A DNA stretch of 64,000 bases from Eledone cirrhosa (Eukaryota): assembly GCA_964016885.1 (NCBI GenBank), contig OZ024741.1:38564001-38628000 (forward strand), given 5' to 3'. This document shows, one piece after another, positions 12,826 through 25,589 of this stretch (its first letter is position 1; each line of letters begins with the position of its first letter). The notes beneath the pieces were generated by a model that did no database searches, was not told the DNA's origin, and saw only the letters and a list, made by a program, of their open reading frames with translations. The translations under genes were made by a program, and so were the position numbers.

Positions 12826-15792
12826 AATTCCATATATGGTCAAAGTGATTGTCAAAAATCAGTAGTAATTCTGTGGTTGCAAATTAGTAGGGGAGATGGT
12901 GGCTAAACCTGCCAGTAGGAGAAAGAGGGGAGGGGGTGGAGTAGACCCAATCAAGCGTTGGTAGTGCCAGCTACAGCTGGGCATGAGGTCAAAGAAGATA
13001 CAGGGGAGGGGGAGGGGGAGGAAGTCGGAACGGTAGGTAGAACAATGGGGGGTAGAAATATATAGGAAAGAAAAAATACTGAGAGTGAAGAAAAGCAAAT
13101 AAGTGTAAAGAAAAAAGTAAAGTAAATTAAATTCTACGACCTAGGTCTCTAGCTATTGTTAGGCTAGAATAAAATAAAGAAAGAAAGAAAGAAGTAAAGA
13201 AATAAATAAATAAAGAAATAACGAAATAAGTAAAAGAACTAGGTGGGACGAAATAGGCAAGGACCCTTTTAAGAGGTATAAGTACGTAAATGATACGGTG
13301 ACGGGTCAACAAAAGGGGCCAAAATACTAAAGAGACTACCACGAAATAAACAATAAAGGTTTCCATCCCGGGCACAATGCCAGCAACGACCCAGTGCAGC
13401 AAAGTGAACTTGTACGAGATAATAATTCTGAGTCCCGAGAAAAATATATACTAATGCTAACTCTAAAAGATCTAAAACAAGCTACATGAAAGTTCGTACG
13501 AAATAAAGGTAGAATACGGAAAAATAAATGAAATTCAGAATCCACTCCGCCCAAAAGAAAAGCGAAGAAAGAAATACTGAAACGAAAAAATAAGGCATAA
13601 GTGCCACTAAGAAATATAGAGGGCACAGAGAATAGTGGGAGCGGTCGGAAAAAGGGGGCAAGTATCCGGGGTCTAAGCCAACTGCTATAAAGGGCGGAGT
13701 CCGCCAAATCTATCATAGACTAGGGGAGGGGTGGGGGTACTAAGGATACAAGGGACCAAAGGGCAGCCTCGGGTGGGCGAGAAAAGACGCCGACAAAGGA
13801 GAAGAGCTGGGGTAGAAGGACTAAGGAGAGAGGGGGGAAGGAAATAAAGGAAGCGATAAAAGAATACAAAGAAGATCTTACGTCTTCCTTGGCAAGCAGG
13901 GGTTACCCATTGCAAAATCGGCAAGTGGGGTGTTATAGCCCTAGTCTACCCCCGCGGGTCATTATAGGGTTTGAGGACGAGGTAAGTCCTACGCAATCTA
14001 TGTTTACATGCAGTAACCAGTTCATCTTTCTTGTTTAGGAGTTGGTCCGTCGAAAACAGCATTTGTAAAGTTTCCTCCGAGCATAAATTGCACGGACGGC
14101 GTCCTCCCGTGTAAGAATTGGCTCTGGACAGTAATCTCCAAGTGAGATCATAGGTGATGTTGTTGTCCTTGAGGTCCCATATGTGGCCCGAAAGTGTAGT
14201 GGCGTGACGCCGGGCCGGGTTTCGGAAGGTATGTCTATGTTGGTATAGCCGGGTCTTGAAGTCACATGCGGTAAGTCCTATATAGGCTTTGTTGGAGGTA
14301 TCCGTCCTCACGTTGCACTGGTAGATCACATTACGGTCTCTGCATCTATTGTCGAGTGGGCAAATAGATCTATCCGGGCAGTTACACCTCCTGGTCGGTT
14401 CTCCACTGCTATTTAAGTTATTTCTGCCATCGGGGTTGAGTTTTTTGTTGTTAGAGGAGACGATGTTTGTGCGAAGTTTGGTGTAGTGCTGTAAGAGAGT
14501 TTGATGGTATTTTTGTTAATTATGTTGTGGTAGCGGTGTTGTAATGGGAAGTGTTTTTCAATGAGCCTAAAGAATAGTTTCCCGATGGGAGTTGTCACCT
14601 CTGCGTTGTGGGGAGGATTGAACCATGTTACATTGCGTGAGCGGCGGTGTCTCCTGCTGGTTCCGCTAATGGGAGCTGGACAGTAGGATATTTCGTCCCG
14701 GAAACCACTCCGCTTGAGGGCCTGGTTGTAATAAGGCGCATGTTCATCGAATATCCGCTCATTAGCTGACAAACGGGATATGCGGAGGGAGATGTTTTTG
14801 ACCAGGTTGTTTGTGATGTTCCTAGGATGGTTTAATCGGCGGTGGATGTAGTGCAGATTGTCATTAGGTTTCCTGTATGGGTAGTACAGGTCGTTTTCGA
14901 GGTCGAGGGTCACGTCCAGGAAGTTTACTCGGGTCAGGGACGTTTGTAGGGTTATTTTAAATCCCCAGTCGCGGAAGAATCTGATTAATTGTTTCCGGAC
15001 CCGATCTGTACTACTGGGGTTGTACCCTTTAAGGGTAAGGAGCCCATCATCACGGTACAATCCACCACCGAATGCAGGAAACATATCAGTGAGTTTGGCT
15101 ATTAGGAATAATCCTATAAGATCTGTGACCTCCGCCGAATCCGTGGCGCCCATGCTGACGTCGAAGGGTGAGTCGGGAGCTCTTTTTATCCATTTAGAGT
15201 CGTCAAAGAGTAAGACTGTCTTCCTGGCGTGGAGGATGATTTTTCTTTCCTGGTCGGTGATGGGCACAAGTGTTTCGGCGAAGTCCAAGGCGGCAGTAAG
15301 TAGCGTATCATTTACGTCACCGTATCATTTACGTACTTATACCTCTTAAAAGGGTCCTGGCCTATCTCGTCCCACCTAGTTCTTTTACTTATTTCGTTAT
15401 TTCTTTATTTATTTATTTCTTTACTTCTTTCTTTCTTTCTTTATTTTATTCTAGCCTAACAATAGCTAGAGACCTAGGTCGTAGAATTTAATTTACTTTA
15501 CTTTTTTCTTTACACTTATTTGCTTTTCTTCACTCTCAGTATTTTTTCTTTCCTATATATTTCTACCCCCCATTGTTCTACCTACCGTTCCGACTTCCTC
15601 CTCCTCCCCCTCCCCTGTATCTTCTTTGACCTCATGCCCAGCTGTAGCTGGCACTACCAACGCTTGATTGGGTCTACTCCACCCCCTCCCCTCTTTCTCC
15701 TACTGGCAGGTTTAGCCACCATCTCCCCTACTAATTTGCAACCACAGAATTACTACTGATTTTTGACAATCACTTTGACCATATATGGAATT

Positions 15793-15886
15793 ACCCCTTG
15801 AGAAGATCGGCTATTTAAATACCAGGATAAATTTTCATTTAGTCCAGAATTAGCCGTCGAAACGGCTTGAGCTCAGCTGTCGGGGT
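15793..15886 (+). ncRNA. Type-I hammerhead ribozyme, U3-A8 core variant (pLTR copy 2)
   Basis: ACCCC-TTGAGAA-GATCGGCTA[loop]TAGCCGTC-GAAA-CGGCT tgagctc AGCTG-TC-GGGGT. All three stems pair and the GUC cleavage triplet is present. Confidence 0.8.
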
Positions 15887-15896
15887 CTTACTGGTT

Positions 15897-15929
<33 letters not shown>

Positions 15930-15937
<8 letters not shown>

Positions 15938-16567
15938 ATGTGTACGTATGTGCACATATATGTATATGTGTGCGTATGTATGTATGTATATGTGTATATA
16001 TATATGCGTGTGTATATATATATATATATGTATGTGTATATATATGTATACATGTATTTATCTGTGTGTGTGTGTGTGAATGTGCTTGTAGACACCTGAA
16101 ATATAGCTTAAGAGAAACTTGACAATAAGGTGAGGCACCCCAAATTTGAACTTGTTTATAAAATTATTTCTGTCTTTTGTCACTCTAAGTAAAGCTTTAA
16201 AGAATTAGCTTTTAAAGAATGCCCCTTTCTTTAAACCCTTCAACCACGACTGACCTCCAGCCATCTTGTAGACACCTGAAATATAGGCATTGTTAGCTGG
16301 AGAGAAACTTAAAAATAAGGAGTGGCACTCCATTCTGAACTTGTTTATAGAATTCTTTCTGCCTTTGTCACTCTAAATATAAATTATAGATTTAAATAAT
16401 TAGATTTTAAAGAATTCCCTTTTCTTTCACCCAATGACCGCCACCCTTCCTACTCCCCACCCTCTCCTACCACCCGAAAATATATAAATACCACCATATT
16501 TACTTGGACAGTCAGCTTCCTGATGATTTCTCATGAATGAAACAGTTCTAGTCCTGTAGAATCTCTT
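15930..16567 (+). mobile_element. Penelope-type 3'/pLTR non-autonomous element
   Basis: Inverted homolog of 7480-8070 with internal repeats. Ends in a hammerhead motif. Confidence 0.7.
16514..16564 (+). ncRNA. Minimal type-I hammerhead ribozyme
   Basis: AGCTTC-CTGATGA-tTTCtcatGAAt-GAAA-CAG ttctagtc CTG-TA-GAATCT. Canonical core and GUA site. Confidence 0.75.
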
Positions 16568-16670
16568 CTATATTAAAACTATATATATATATATATATAT
16601 ATATTTATTTATTTTTTTTGTATGTATGTATATATATGTATATATATATGTATGTATGTATGTTTGTATG

Positions 16671-16701
<31 letters not shown>

Positions 16702-16706
16702 GTATG

Positions 16707-16830
<124 letters not shown>

Positions 16831-17227
16831 ATATAATTGGATATATAAGAGGGATGAACACCAATATAAGTATACATGTATTCCAATTGCAAATGACCAA
16901 GTTAGCTAGGTTGAATAAATACTAATTTAAAACATGTATACTTATATCGGGGTTCATCCCTCCCATATATCCAATTATATTACACGGCTCGGAAAGATTC
17001 CCTTCTTTGAGCTACTTAATTGTAAAAGACTGTTTTGAGTTTATAACTCACTCTATGACATATGTATGTATATCAACTGAACATCAGACTTATTAAATTA
17101 GAGTGTAATTGACTTGTTATTCTGCAGACACGTATTGCCTTAATGTATTCTCCAAGTCAAATCAATATGTGGCTCTACTTGATATCTGAATTACGGGCTT
17201 CCGCACAGTTTCTGTATACCCAATTTT

Positions 17228-18018
<791 letters not shown>

Positions 18019-18967
18019 GAATTAGGATTTAACTTCAATCATAGCTGTATACAGATATGTATAGAAATTTCGTATTTCTAAAGAAACACGGTATATTTAG
18101 AGGTAAACATTCAGAAAGCCGTAGCTATGCAAAAAGCATCGGGACTAACGCCCTCTGGTGGTGTCCAGCAGAAGCAAGGGGGACAATAATCGATGCATTT
18201 TGGACTGAACTGGTCCTTATCTGGATGATCCCTCCAATACTTGCGACTGCTGGACTTGAAAACAGCCGAGAATATACAGTTTTCTTATACACGTACACAT
18301 GTGGGTCGTTGTATGTATATGTGTGTGGGTGTGAGTATGTGTGGCTGTCTGTGATTATAAAGACCTGACCATTTTGTAGACTTTAACATAGCATGTTAAC
18401 AGAGCCACTTCAAGAATTTACTTTTTGTCCGCTTTAACATAATTGAACCTTGAAAAAAATGTATATATATATATGTGTGTGTGTGTGTGCGTGCGCGCGC
18501 ACCTGTGTGTGTGTGTGTGTGCGAGATTGTAGACACCTTACCATTTCTGCAGACCTCAAAATCCTTTAGCACAGCATTTTCATATTGCCACTCAATGAAT
18601 ACCCATTGTTTGTGTGAATTTTAAACGGCACACAGTGTAAATAGTTCAATCTAAGAAGAAGAAATTTGTTTTTATTACATATTTTTTCTAGCTAGAAGTT
18701 AGAATGTGGATGCATTGATCGGTCGCGTCGAGGCACCTCCTCGTTCGCTTCGGCGAGTGGACTGGAGCAACGGGAAATATATGTGTATGTTTGAGAATGT
18801 GTATATGTGCTTTCACGTGTTGTTACCGGAGACAACGCCAAATGTCAAAATATCCTCCATGGAATTTTCCAGCATTATCATACGTCATTAGAGAAAGAAG
18901 AACAAGATTCTCTGGACATTGCTGGAGAGCAAAGGATGAGGTCATCAGCGATACTTTTTATTTTGTT

Positions 18968-19355
18968 GACATCTGTACTCAATACCTAATTAATAAACCG
19001 TAACTAAGGTAACGGTGACCTCAGTGACACATGTACTCAATACCTAATTAATAAACCGTAACTAAGGTAAAGGTGACCTTAGTGACATCTGTACTCAATA
19101 CCTAATTAATAAACCGTAACTAAGGTAAAGGTGACCTCAGTGACATCTGTACTCAATAACTAATTAATAAACCGTAACTAAGGTAACGGTGATCTCATTG
19201 ACATTTGTACTCAATACCTAATTAATAAACCGTAACTGAGGTAAAGGTGATCTCATTGACATTTGTACTCAATACTTAATTAATAAACCGTAACTAAGGT
19301 AAGGGTGACCTCAGTGACACCTGTACTCAGAACCTAATTAATAGGCCATAACTAA
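18968..19355. repeat. 58-bp minisatellite, about 6.7 copies
   Basis: Unit GACATCTGTACTCAATACCTAATTAATAAACCGTAACTAAGGTAACGGTGACCTCAGT at a period of 58. Confidence 0.95.
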
Positions 19356-19520
19356 ACACCATAATCATTTTATCTTGTGCTCACTCAGATTCTGGTAAAT
19401 CCGTTAACAGGTTGAGTGAAATAGAGATGGAAAGAGGGTGAACACGAAAGAAAAAATGGAAGAGAAAAAAGAAAGAGATATTATACGTATACATATATAT
19501 ATATGTATATTCTTTCTCTC

Positions 19521-19618
<98 letters not shown>

Positions 19619-20013
19619 TATCTATTTATATATGTGTGTATATATATATATATGTGTGTGTGTGAATGTGTATGTATATATACACACATATATATATATA
19701 TATACGTACATACATATGTACAGAAAGAAAGGAAGAGAAAAAATGAAAGAGAGAGAGAGAGAGAGAGAAGGAGAATGGAGAGATAGAAAGAGAAAGAAGA
19801 GTCAGACAGCAAATATTCTTCTATTAACATTAGTTTTAGTTGAGCCAATGCTGGTGGCAGATAAGTGATAATATAACTTATTAACTTATCAACAAAACTT
19901 AACTTGACGTAAGTGTTTTCTACCACGCCCATCCACTATATCCCGTAACCATAAACATTAAGAGTTTTATTAGGTTTATTTGCTTAATAGCTTGCTTGGG
20001 GTGCATGCAGAAT

Positions 20014-20394
<381 letters not shown>

Positions 20395-20753
20395 ATATAG
20401 ATTGATTTGATATAACAGAATATGCTGGAGCTGAGCATAATTTAAAAAATCGAAAACCGTTCTATTTAGTTTAGTTATATTAATGAAGATAGTAGTGAAA
20501 GGAAATCCCGGCTTCTCTGACACAGAAGAAACCTACAACGATCAGTGTATCACATTAAAGAGAAGAGAAATCGGTGAAACAGAACATGTCTGATTACAGA
20601 AAAAATTAAACCTAATGGATTAGAAATAAAACTGCCAGGAATTAAGACCGAAGGTATTGGTAATGAGAAGGACCAATGGAAATACAGTTTCCGTGGTTCA
20701 ATTTGGAGGATCAGTAATTTTTTGATCGATCATCAGAAATATGTTCATTGCTC

Positions 20754-21720
20754 CACTGGTCAACACACGTTTTGCTGACTTAGGTTTTGTTCTTGTCTTT
20801 AGCTAATTTTGAGGTGCTGATTTCAAATATAGCATCCAACACATCAGGATTTCATTCTATAACACATCCCTATCTTATTATCCACTATATGAATAGTATA
20901 ATTTACTTAGGATGGATTACTAAGTCTTATATCTTGATACCATAAGTTATAATGTCAATAGAATCTGATATGATAGATGAAATATAAGATAACAACACCT
21001 TTTATTAAATACATCTTGTTAATTCTCAAATAAAATAGATAAAGCACAAACAATCGTACACTAACCAGCACATTCATGGATCAAATTTTCGCTTACGAGG
21101 GCGTCTGCAGTGTTTTATGTCTATACAATCACTTTGAAAACTCCTACCATCATGTATGTGTTCCTTCTACTTTGATATCTCTCCTCCATAACCTTGATAT
21201 CTCTTCACCGTAACCTTGATATCTTGATGGAAGTGTTCGCCATGCTCATTACTCATGTCTTCCAGATTAGGAGGGAATTCATGGAGATGCCCCTTGAGGA
21301 AATAAATCATACTCATGTTTCAGTCTTATAGATGAGCGCTATCAAGCAATGTCTCCACCAAATCATTGTAGTTTGCAGCCTTTTTGCTGCCCCAAAATAC
21401 TTTCACATCAGACACAAATGAACCCCATGCTCTTTTTTTCTACATCAGTAATCGAGCTTGAGAAGTTTTGTCATTTCATTAACTTTCTGATTTATGGCCC
21501 GTTAAAAACACCAGCCTTTATTTTATCATATCTTAGGTCAGGAAATGTTGTAGATATGAATTTGAAACAGCCACCCTCCACATTAGGAGCTTTGACAAAC
21601 TGCTTCATTAGTCTTAGTTTAATATGAAAGGGTGAAAGATGATTTTCTCTCGCCCAACATGTGGTTGATGTATGATATTCTTCTCCACAACACTCAAACC
21701 TTTTCTTGCTTTGCAGCAAG
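20754..21720 (-). mobile_element. Decayed DNA transposon, likely CMC/Chapaev3-type (transposase C-half plus one terminus)
   Basis: LSPFHIKLRLMKQFVKA..FP.L..DKIKAGVFNGP and HLHEFPPNLEDMSNEHGEHFHQDIK motifs, with a CACTGGTCAAC terminus at 20754. The family call comes from recalled motif similarity. Confidence 0.6.
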
Positions 21721-21930
21721 GAGTTATGGCCCTTTACGTTCTGAGATCAAAACCCTCCGAGGTTAACTTTGCCTTTCATTTCATCCTTACGGGGTCAATA
21801 AAATAAAGCACCAGTAATGCATTGGGGCAATTACTGGCCCTGTGTCAAAAGAAGAAACATTTTATCCTTGCGGGGTCGATAAAATAAAGTACCAATATTG
21901 CACTGAGAAATTGCTGAAACAATTATTTTA
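21720..21930 (+). mobile_element. tRNA-derived SINE fragments (MetaSINE-like core)
   Basis: GAGGTTAACTTTGCCTTTCAT..GGGGTC.ATAAAATAAAG core, partly duplicated. Confidence 0.7.
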
Positions 21931-22194
21931 TAAGAAAAATAGGAAATAATTTAACTGATATTCTCTCCAATGTAACGTTATAACCAACGAGAAACGACTT
22001 GACGTTGAATATACATTGAGCTTTCCTATAAAAGCACTAACACGGTGTGATTAACATTGTAAGCTTAATCTGCTGTCTGTAAGTGCCAAATAGAAATGGG
22101 AGATGATAAATAGTCTTGAAATTAAATATCTTAGGAAATAGTACCCTTAAACACAAATTAGCCACATTCGGAGACATTATTTACTCAATCTACC

Positions 22195-22365
22195 GCGGTA
22201 TCGGGTTGGACGCCATGCTTTCTAGCATAGTTACGTCCCTTTACAGTCTGAGTTCAAATCCCGCCGAGGTTAACTTTGCCTTTCATCCTTACGAGGTCGA
22301 TAAAATAAAGTACCAGTAATGTACTGGGTAATTGCTGGCCTTGTGCCTAAAGTAGAAACAATTAT
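22195..22365 (+). mobile_element. tRNA-derived SINE (MetaSINE-like core)
   Basis: B-box GAGTTCAAATC plus core GCCTTTCATCCTTACGAGGTCGATAAAATAAAGTACCAG. Confidence 0.75.
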
Positions 22366-22859
22366 TTACTCAATCTACAAAGATACCATTTGGAGTAAGA
22401 TAACTTAAGACAAAAACACCGTCTCGGAAATCCAGACATCAGCGAGAGACCGCTTGAGAGGCCTTGCGTTTGCATTTTAACGCTCGCCAAGGGAAGTAAG
22501 TCTGAGTGAGTCGTAATTTATGGTGTTGGCCCAGCGATATTGTTACCATGACTACCAACGTTATTTTCCCAAACTTAAGAAAGTGTTTAAATATAAGTTT
22601 GAAAGCAGAGGCAACGAAAAGGTGTTCTAGCTAAATCTCCATAAGGTTTAAATACACAAGTCTACGATGTCGGCATGACTAAATGTCAGCAGAAGGGCAC
22701 CCAGGAATCATGACCTGGATGTGGTCCAGCCACCTTAGCGTCTAAGATGTTAATGGCCGAAACACTCACTTTGGGGGGGGGGGGGGGTTCTTCTCTGAAG
22801 ACATTCTGCTGTCCAGTTCTCCTGAGAGTTTCTTAAAACTTAAATAACTGATTCTGATT

Positions 22860-23075
22860 TAGTCACATGGCCAATAATCTTGGGGGAGTATGACAGGGAA
22901 AAGTCGATTAAATTGACTCCAGCGCATAACTGGTACTTTATTTTATCGACATAATAAAGATGAAACGCACAGCTAACCTCAGCAGAATTTGAATTCAGAA
23001 CGTAAAGAGCCGTACCTCGATACCGCGAAGCACGGTATCTGACGCTCTACCGATACTGCTAATCTACCATCCTCA
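22860..23075 (-). mobile_element. tRNA-derived SINE, diverged copy
   Basis: CTGGTACTTTATTTTATCGAC..GATTTGAATTCAGAACG on the plus strand. Confidence 0.65.
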
Positions 23076-23881
23076 GAATATTAAATAACACTAACCAGTC
23101 AGGCCTGCATTATATGTAAAAAGGAAAAAGCTTTCAACAAGAATAGTTTGTTTACAAAATGTACAAAACTTTTCTCTCATTCCTTGATATCTTAGCATAT
23201 GCAACCGACTTTTGATTAGGAGTATTAAACCTAAAGTACATATATACAACGATACCAAGGAAGTTGTTATATGATCACAGCTTTAGACACAGTGAGACTA
23301 AATGTATGTTTATTATACATAAACATATTTTATATGAGTCCATATACGCCTATATACAATATCTTCCACAAGCATATAAACTTATTTCTCAGCATGAATT
23401 AAACATATATTATATATAGAATAATATTATCCACATGCTGCATGGGGTGTTACATAATTTTTCTCGCATACTTATTGACAAATCTACACAGGGTAGATAC
23501 CGACATACAGATATATAGATCAAGAGAGAATATAGCATTTTACACTTATTTTCTGACGCCGAATGAAACTGAATATGTCGTAACCTTTGTTTATCATCTA
23601 AAGTCATTGTATATCTGAAGTTATTGTATGGGATGTATATTTATATGTAACACAAAATGTATTGTATTAAACATATTGTTCGATATAATTAATTCAAATC
23701 TTGCAGAATTTGTATAAAGGAACTATGTAATTGATATTTATATATTCTCGGCACAAGTTCTATGAATAAACACACAAACACACACACACACACATAAATA
23801 TATATATATGTGTGTGATCACGGGTTCAATCGGGGGTAACCACAGTAAGTAAAGTACTCAATATATAGTAGAGTATATAAT

Positions 23882-24068
23882 TGTTTCTACTATTGGCACA
23901 AGGCCAGCAAATACCCAGTACATTACTGGTACTTTATTTTATCGACCCCGTAAGGATGAAAGGCAAAGTTAACCTCGGCGAGATTTGAACTCAGAATGGC
24001 AAGGGCCGTAACTCCATGCGTCAAAACATGGCGTCCGACACTCTACCGATACTGCCAATTCACCGCCC
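23882..24068 (-). mobile_element. Full-length tRNA-derived SINE with 17-bp TSD
   Basis: A-box TGGCAGTATCGG, B-box GAGTTCAAATC and the core. TSD ATAGTAGAGTATATAAT at 23865-23881 and 24069-24085. Confidence 0.85.
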
Positions 24069-24433
24069 ATAGTAGAGTATATAATGAAACAGTTCTAGTC
24101 CCGTAGAAGCCATTTTTATATTAATCATTATATATATATATATATATTGAAAAAAGAAGTAAGTGACATAGTGACATAGTGACATAGTCACTACTTTAAA
24201 ATAATAGCGCAAGGTCTTCAAAATGTTTTTAATTAAACATACGGTATACATACCGTATATTACCAAATATACTATACATACATTCATGTATACATCACTA
24301 TTTCAGAGCACCAATCCTAATTTTTAATTTTTGCTGGACCGGCAATCGCTCTGTATAATGAGTTCCTGATTATTACTGGAATTCTATAAGAATCCAGCCT
24401 GTATAATTTTCGGCAGAGGTCGGCGTGTACGTT

Positions 24434-24473
24434 GCTCTGATGAACACCAACAGTGGGAAACAGATCTGTCAGC
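24434..24473 (+). ncRNA. Minimal type-I hammerhead ribozyme within a 316-nt partial tandem unit
   Basis: GCT-CTGATGA-aCACcaacaGTGg-GAAA-CAGATCTG-TC-AGC. Stem III is the palindrome ACAGATCTGT. Confidence 0.75.
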
Positions 24474-24621
24474 TTCTCTCCCTTCCTTTGCTGAAAAAAT
24501 AATTATAATAATTAAAATAATAGCGCAAGGTCTTCAAAATGTTTTTAATTAAACATACGGTATATCACCAAATATACTATGCATACACTCATGTATACAT
24601 CACTATTTCAGAGCACCAATC

Positions 24622-24667
<46 letters not shown>

Positions 24668-24669
<2 letters not shown>

Positions 24670-24930
24670 ACGGGTAAAATTCCCGAGATCCATGGTCGAA
24701 TTCTCTCCAGCGGTCTCTGTCCATCATTATCGCTGCCATGTCCTGCGTTTCCAACAGACCAATGTCTGTCCTTAGGGCATCAACATATGTTAACCTCGGT
24801 CTTCCTCTTCCAGTGTGTCCATGCAGGGGCTCCCACAGGAGCACTACGTGCTGTGTCAACTCTGGATGTCGGTGAGCATGTCTAGCTAACCTCAATCTCC
24901 TCTGTGTCACATTTGAGCTGACTTTTATAT
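24668..24930 (-). mobile_element. LINE (RTE/RTEX-like) 3' fragment
   Basis: RRLRLARHAHRHPE..VLLWEP..GRGRPRLTYVDAL..DRDRWR C-terminal signature. Confidence 0.75.
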
Positions 24931-25049
24931 ATAAGTTGACGGGTCATGCATACGTTTCATTACTAGTACCGATTGCATCTCAGCGTACTCAATAGGTAAT
25001 GTTATGTAAAATCCCAGAGTAGACACATTATTTGCTTCAATACAACACA

Positions 25050-25136
<87 letters not shown>

Positions 25137-25237
25137 ATAAATTTGTATACTAAAATCCAAAGAGGGCTCGATAAGGATAAATATATAACAAATATATAAG
25201 AACCGTAGAGCAAATATTTATTAAAATAACAGATTAA

Positions 25238-25288
25238 AGTTTAAGCAAGGAATCGGAGCTTTCACCCTTAACGGGATCTTCTGAAACT
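25238..25288 (-). ncRNA. Hammerhead-like motif with CAGAAGA core, in inverted arrangement with 25375-25440
   Basis: Reverse complement AGTTT-CAGAAGA-tCCCgttaaGGGt-GAAA-GC..GC-TT-AAACT. Confidence 0.5.
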
Positions 25289-25433
25289 AAAAAAAATCAA
25301 TCTGTGAACGCAGAAGTAAATATTTCGAAAAACGTTGCAGCCGAAGGAAGACAGGAAGACGATACTTTGGTTGGAAGATCCCGTTAAGGGTGAAAGCAGC
25401 GATTCTTTGCTTAAACTTTAATCTGTTATTTTA

Positions 25434-25486
<53 letters not shown>

Positions 25487-25589
25487 TAAATGGAAAAGAA
25501 AATGCTGACAAATTTTTCCCAGTGAAAAATAATTTAATTAGGAATAAGTATAAATTAGTAATAAGTATTGGTTAGTATTCAGTTTTAGT

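Larger units (their letters stand above)
12639..15900 (-). mobile_element. Penelope-like element with an inverted pLTR copy at its 5'-truncated end
   Basis: RT ORF 14413-15288 (MGATDSAEVTDLIG, GLYRDDGL, FLDVTLDL, WFNPP) is frameshifted to GIY-YIG ORF 13946-14329 (IYQC..KAYIGLT..FKTR..C.LC..E..CKH). Near-identical inverted repeats lie at 12718-13303 and 15315-15900. Confidence 0.95.

Noticed and set aside
22100-22770. Fragments resembling an RLE (HERO-like) element around a SINE
   Set aside because: Too short and degenerate to assign by eye.
23990-24068. tRNA gene
   Set aside because: The A and B boxes belong to a SINE head, with no cloverleaf and a TSD-flanked SINE body attached.
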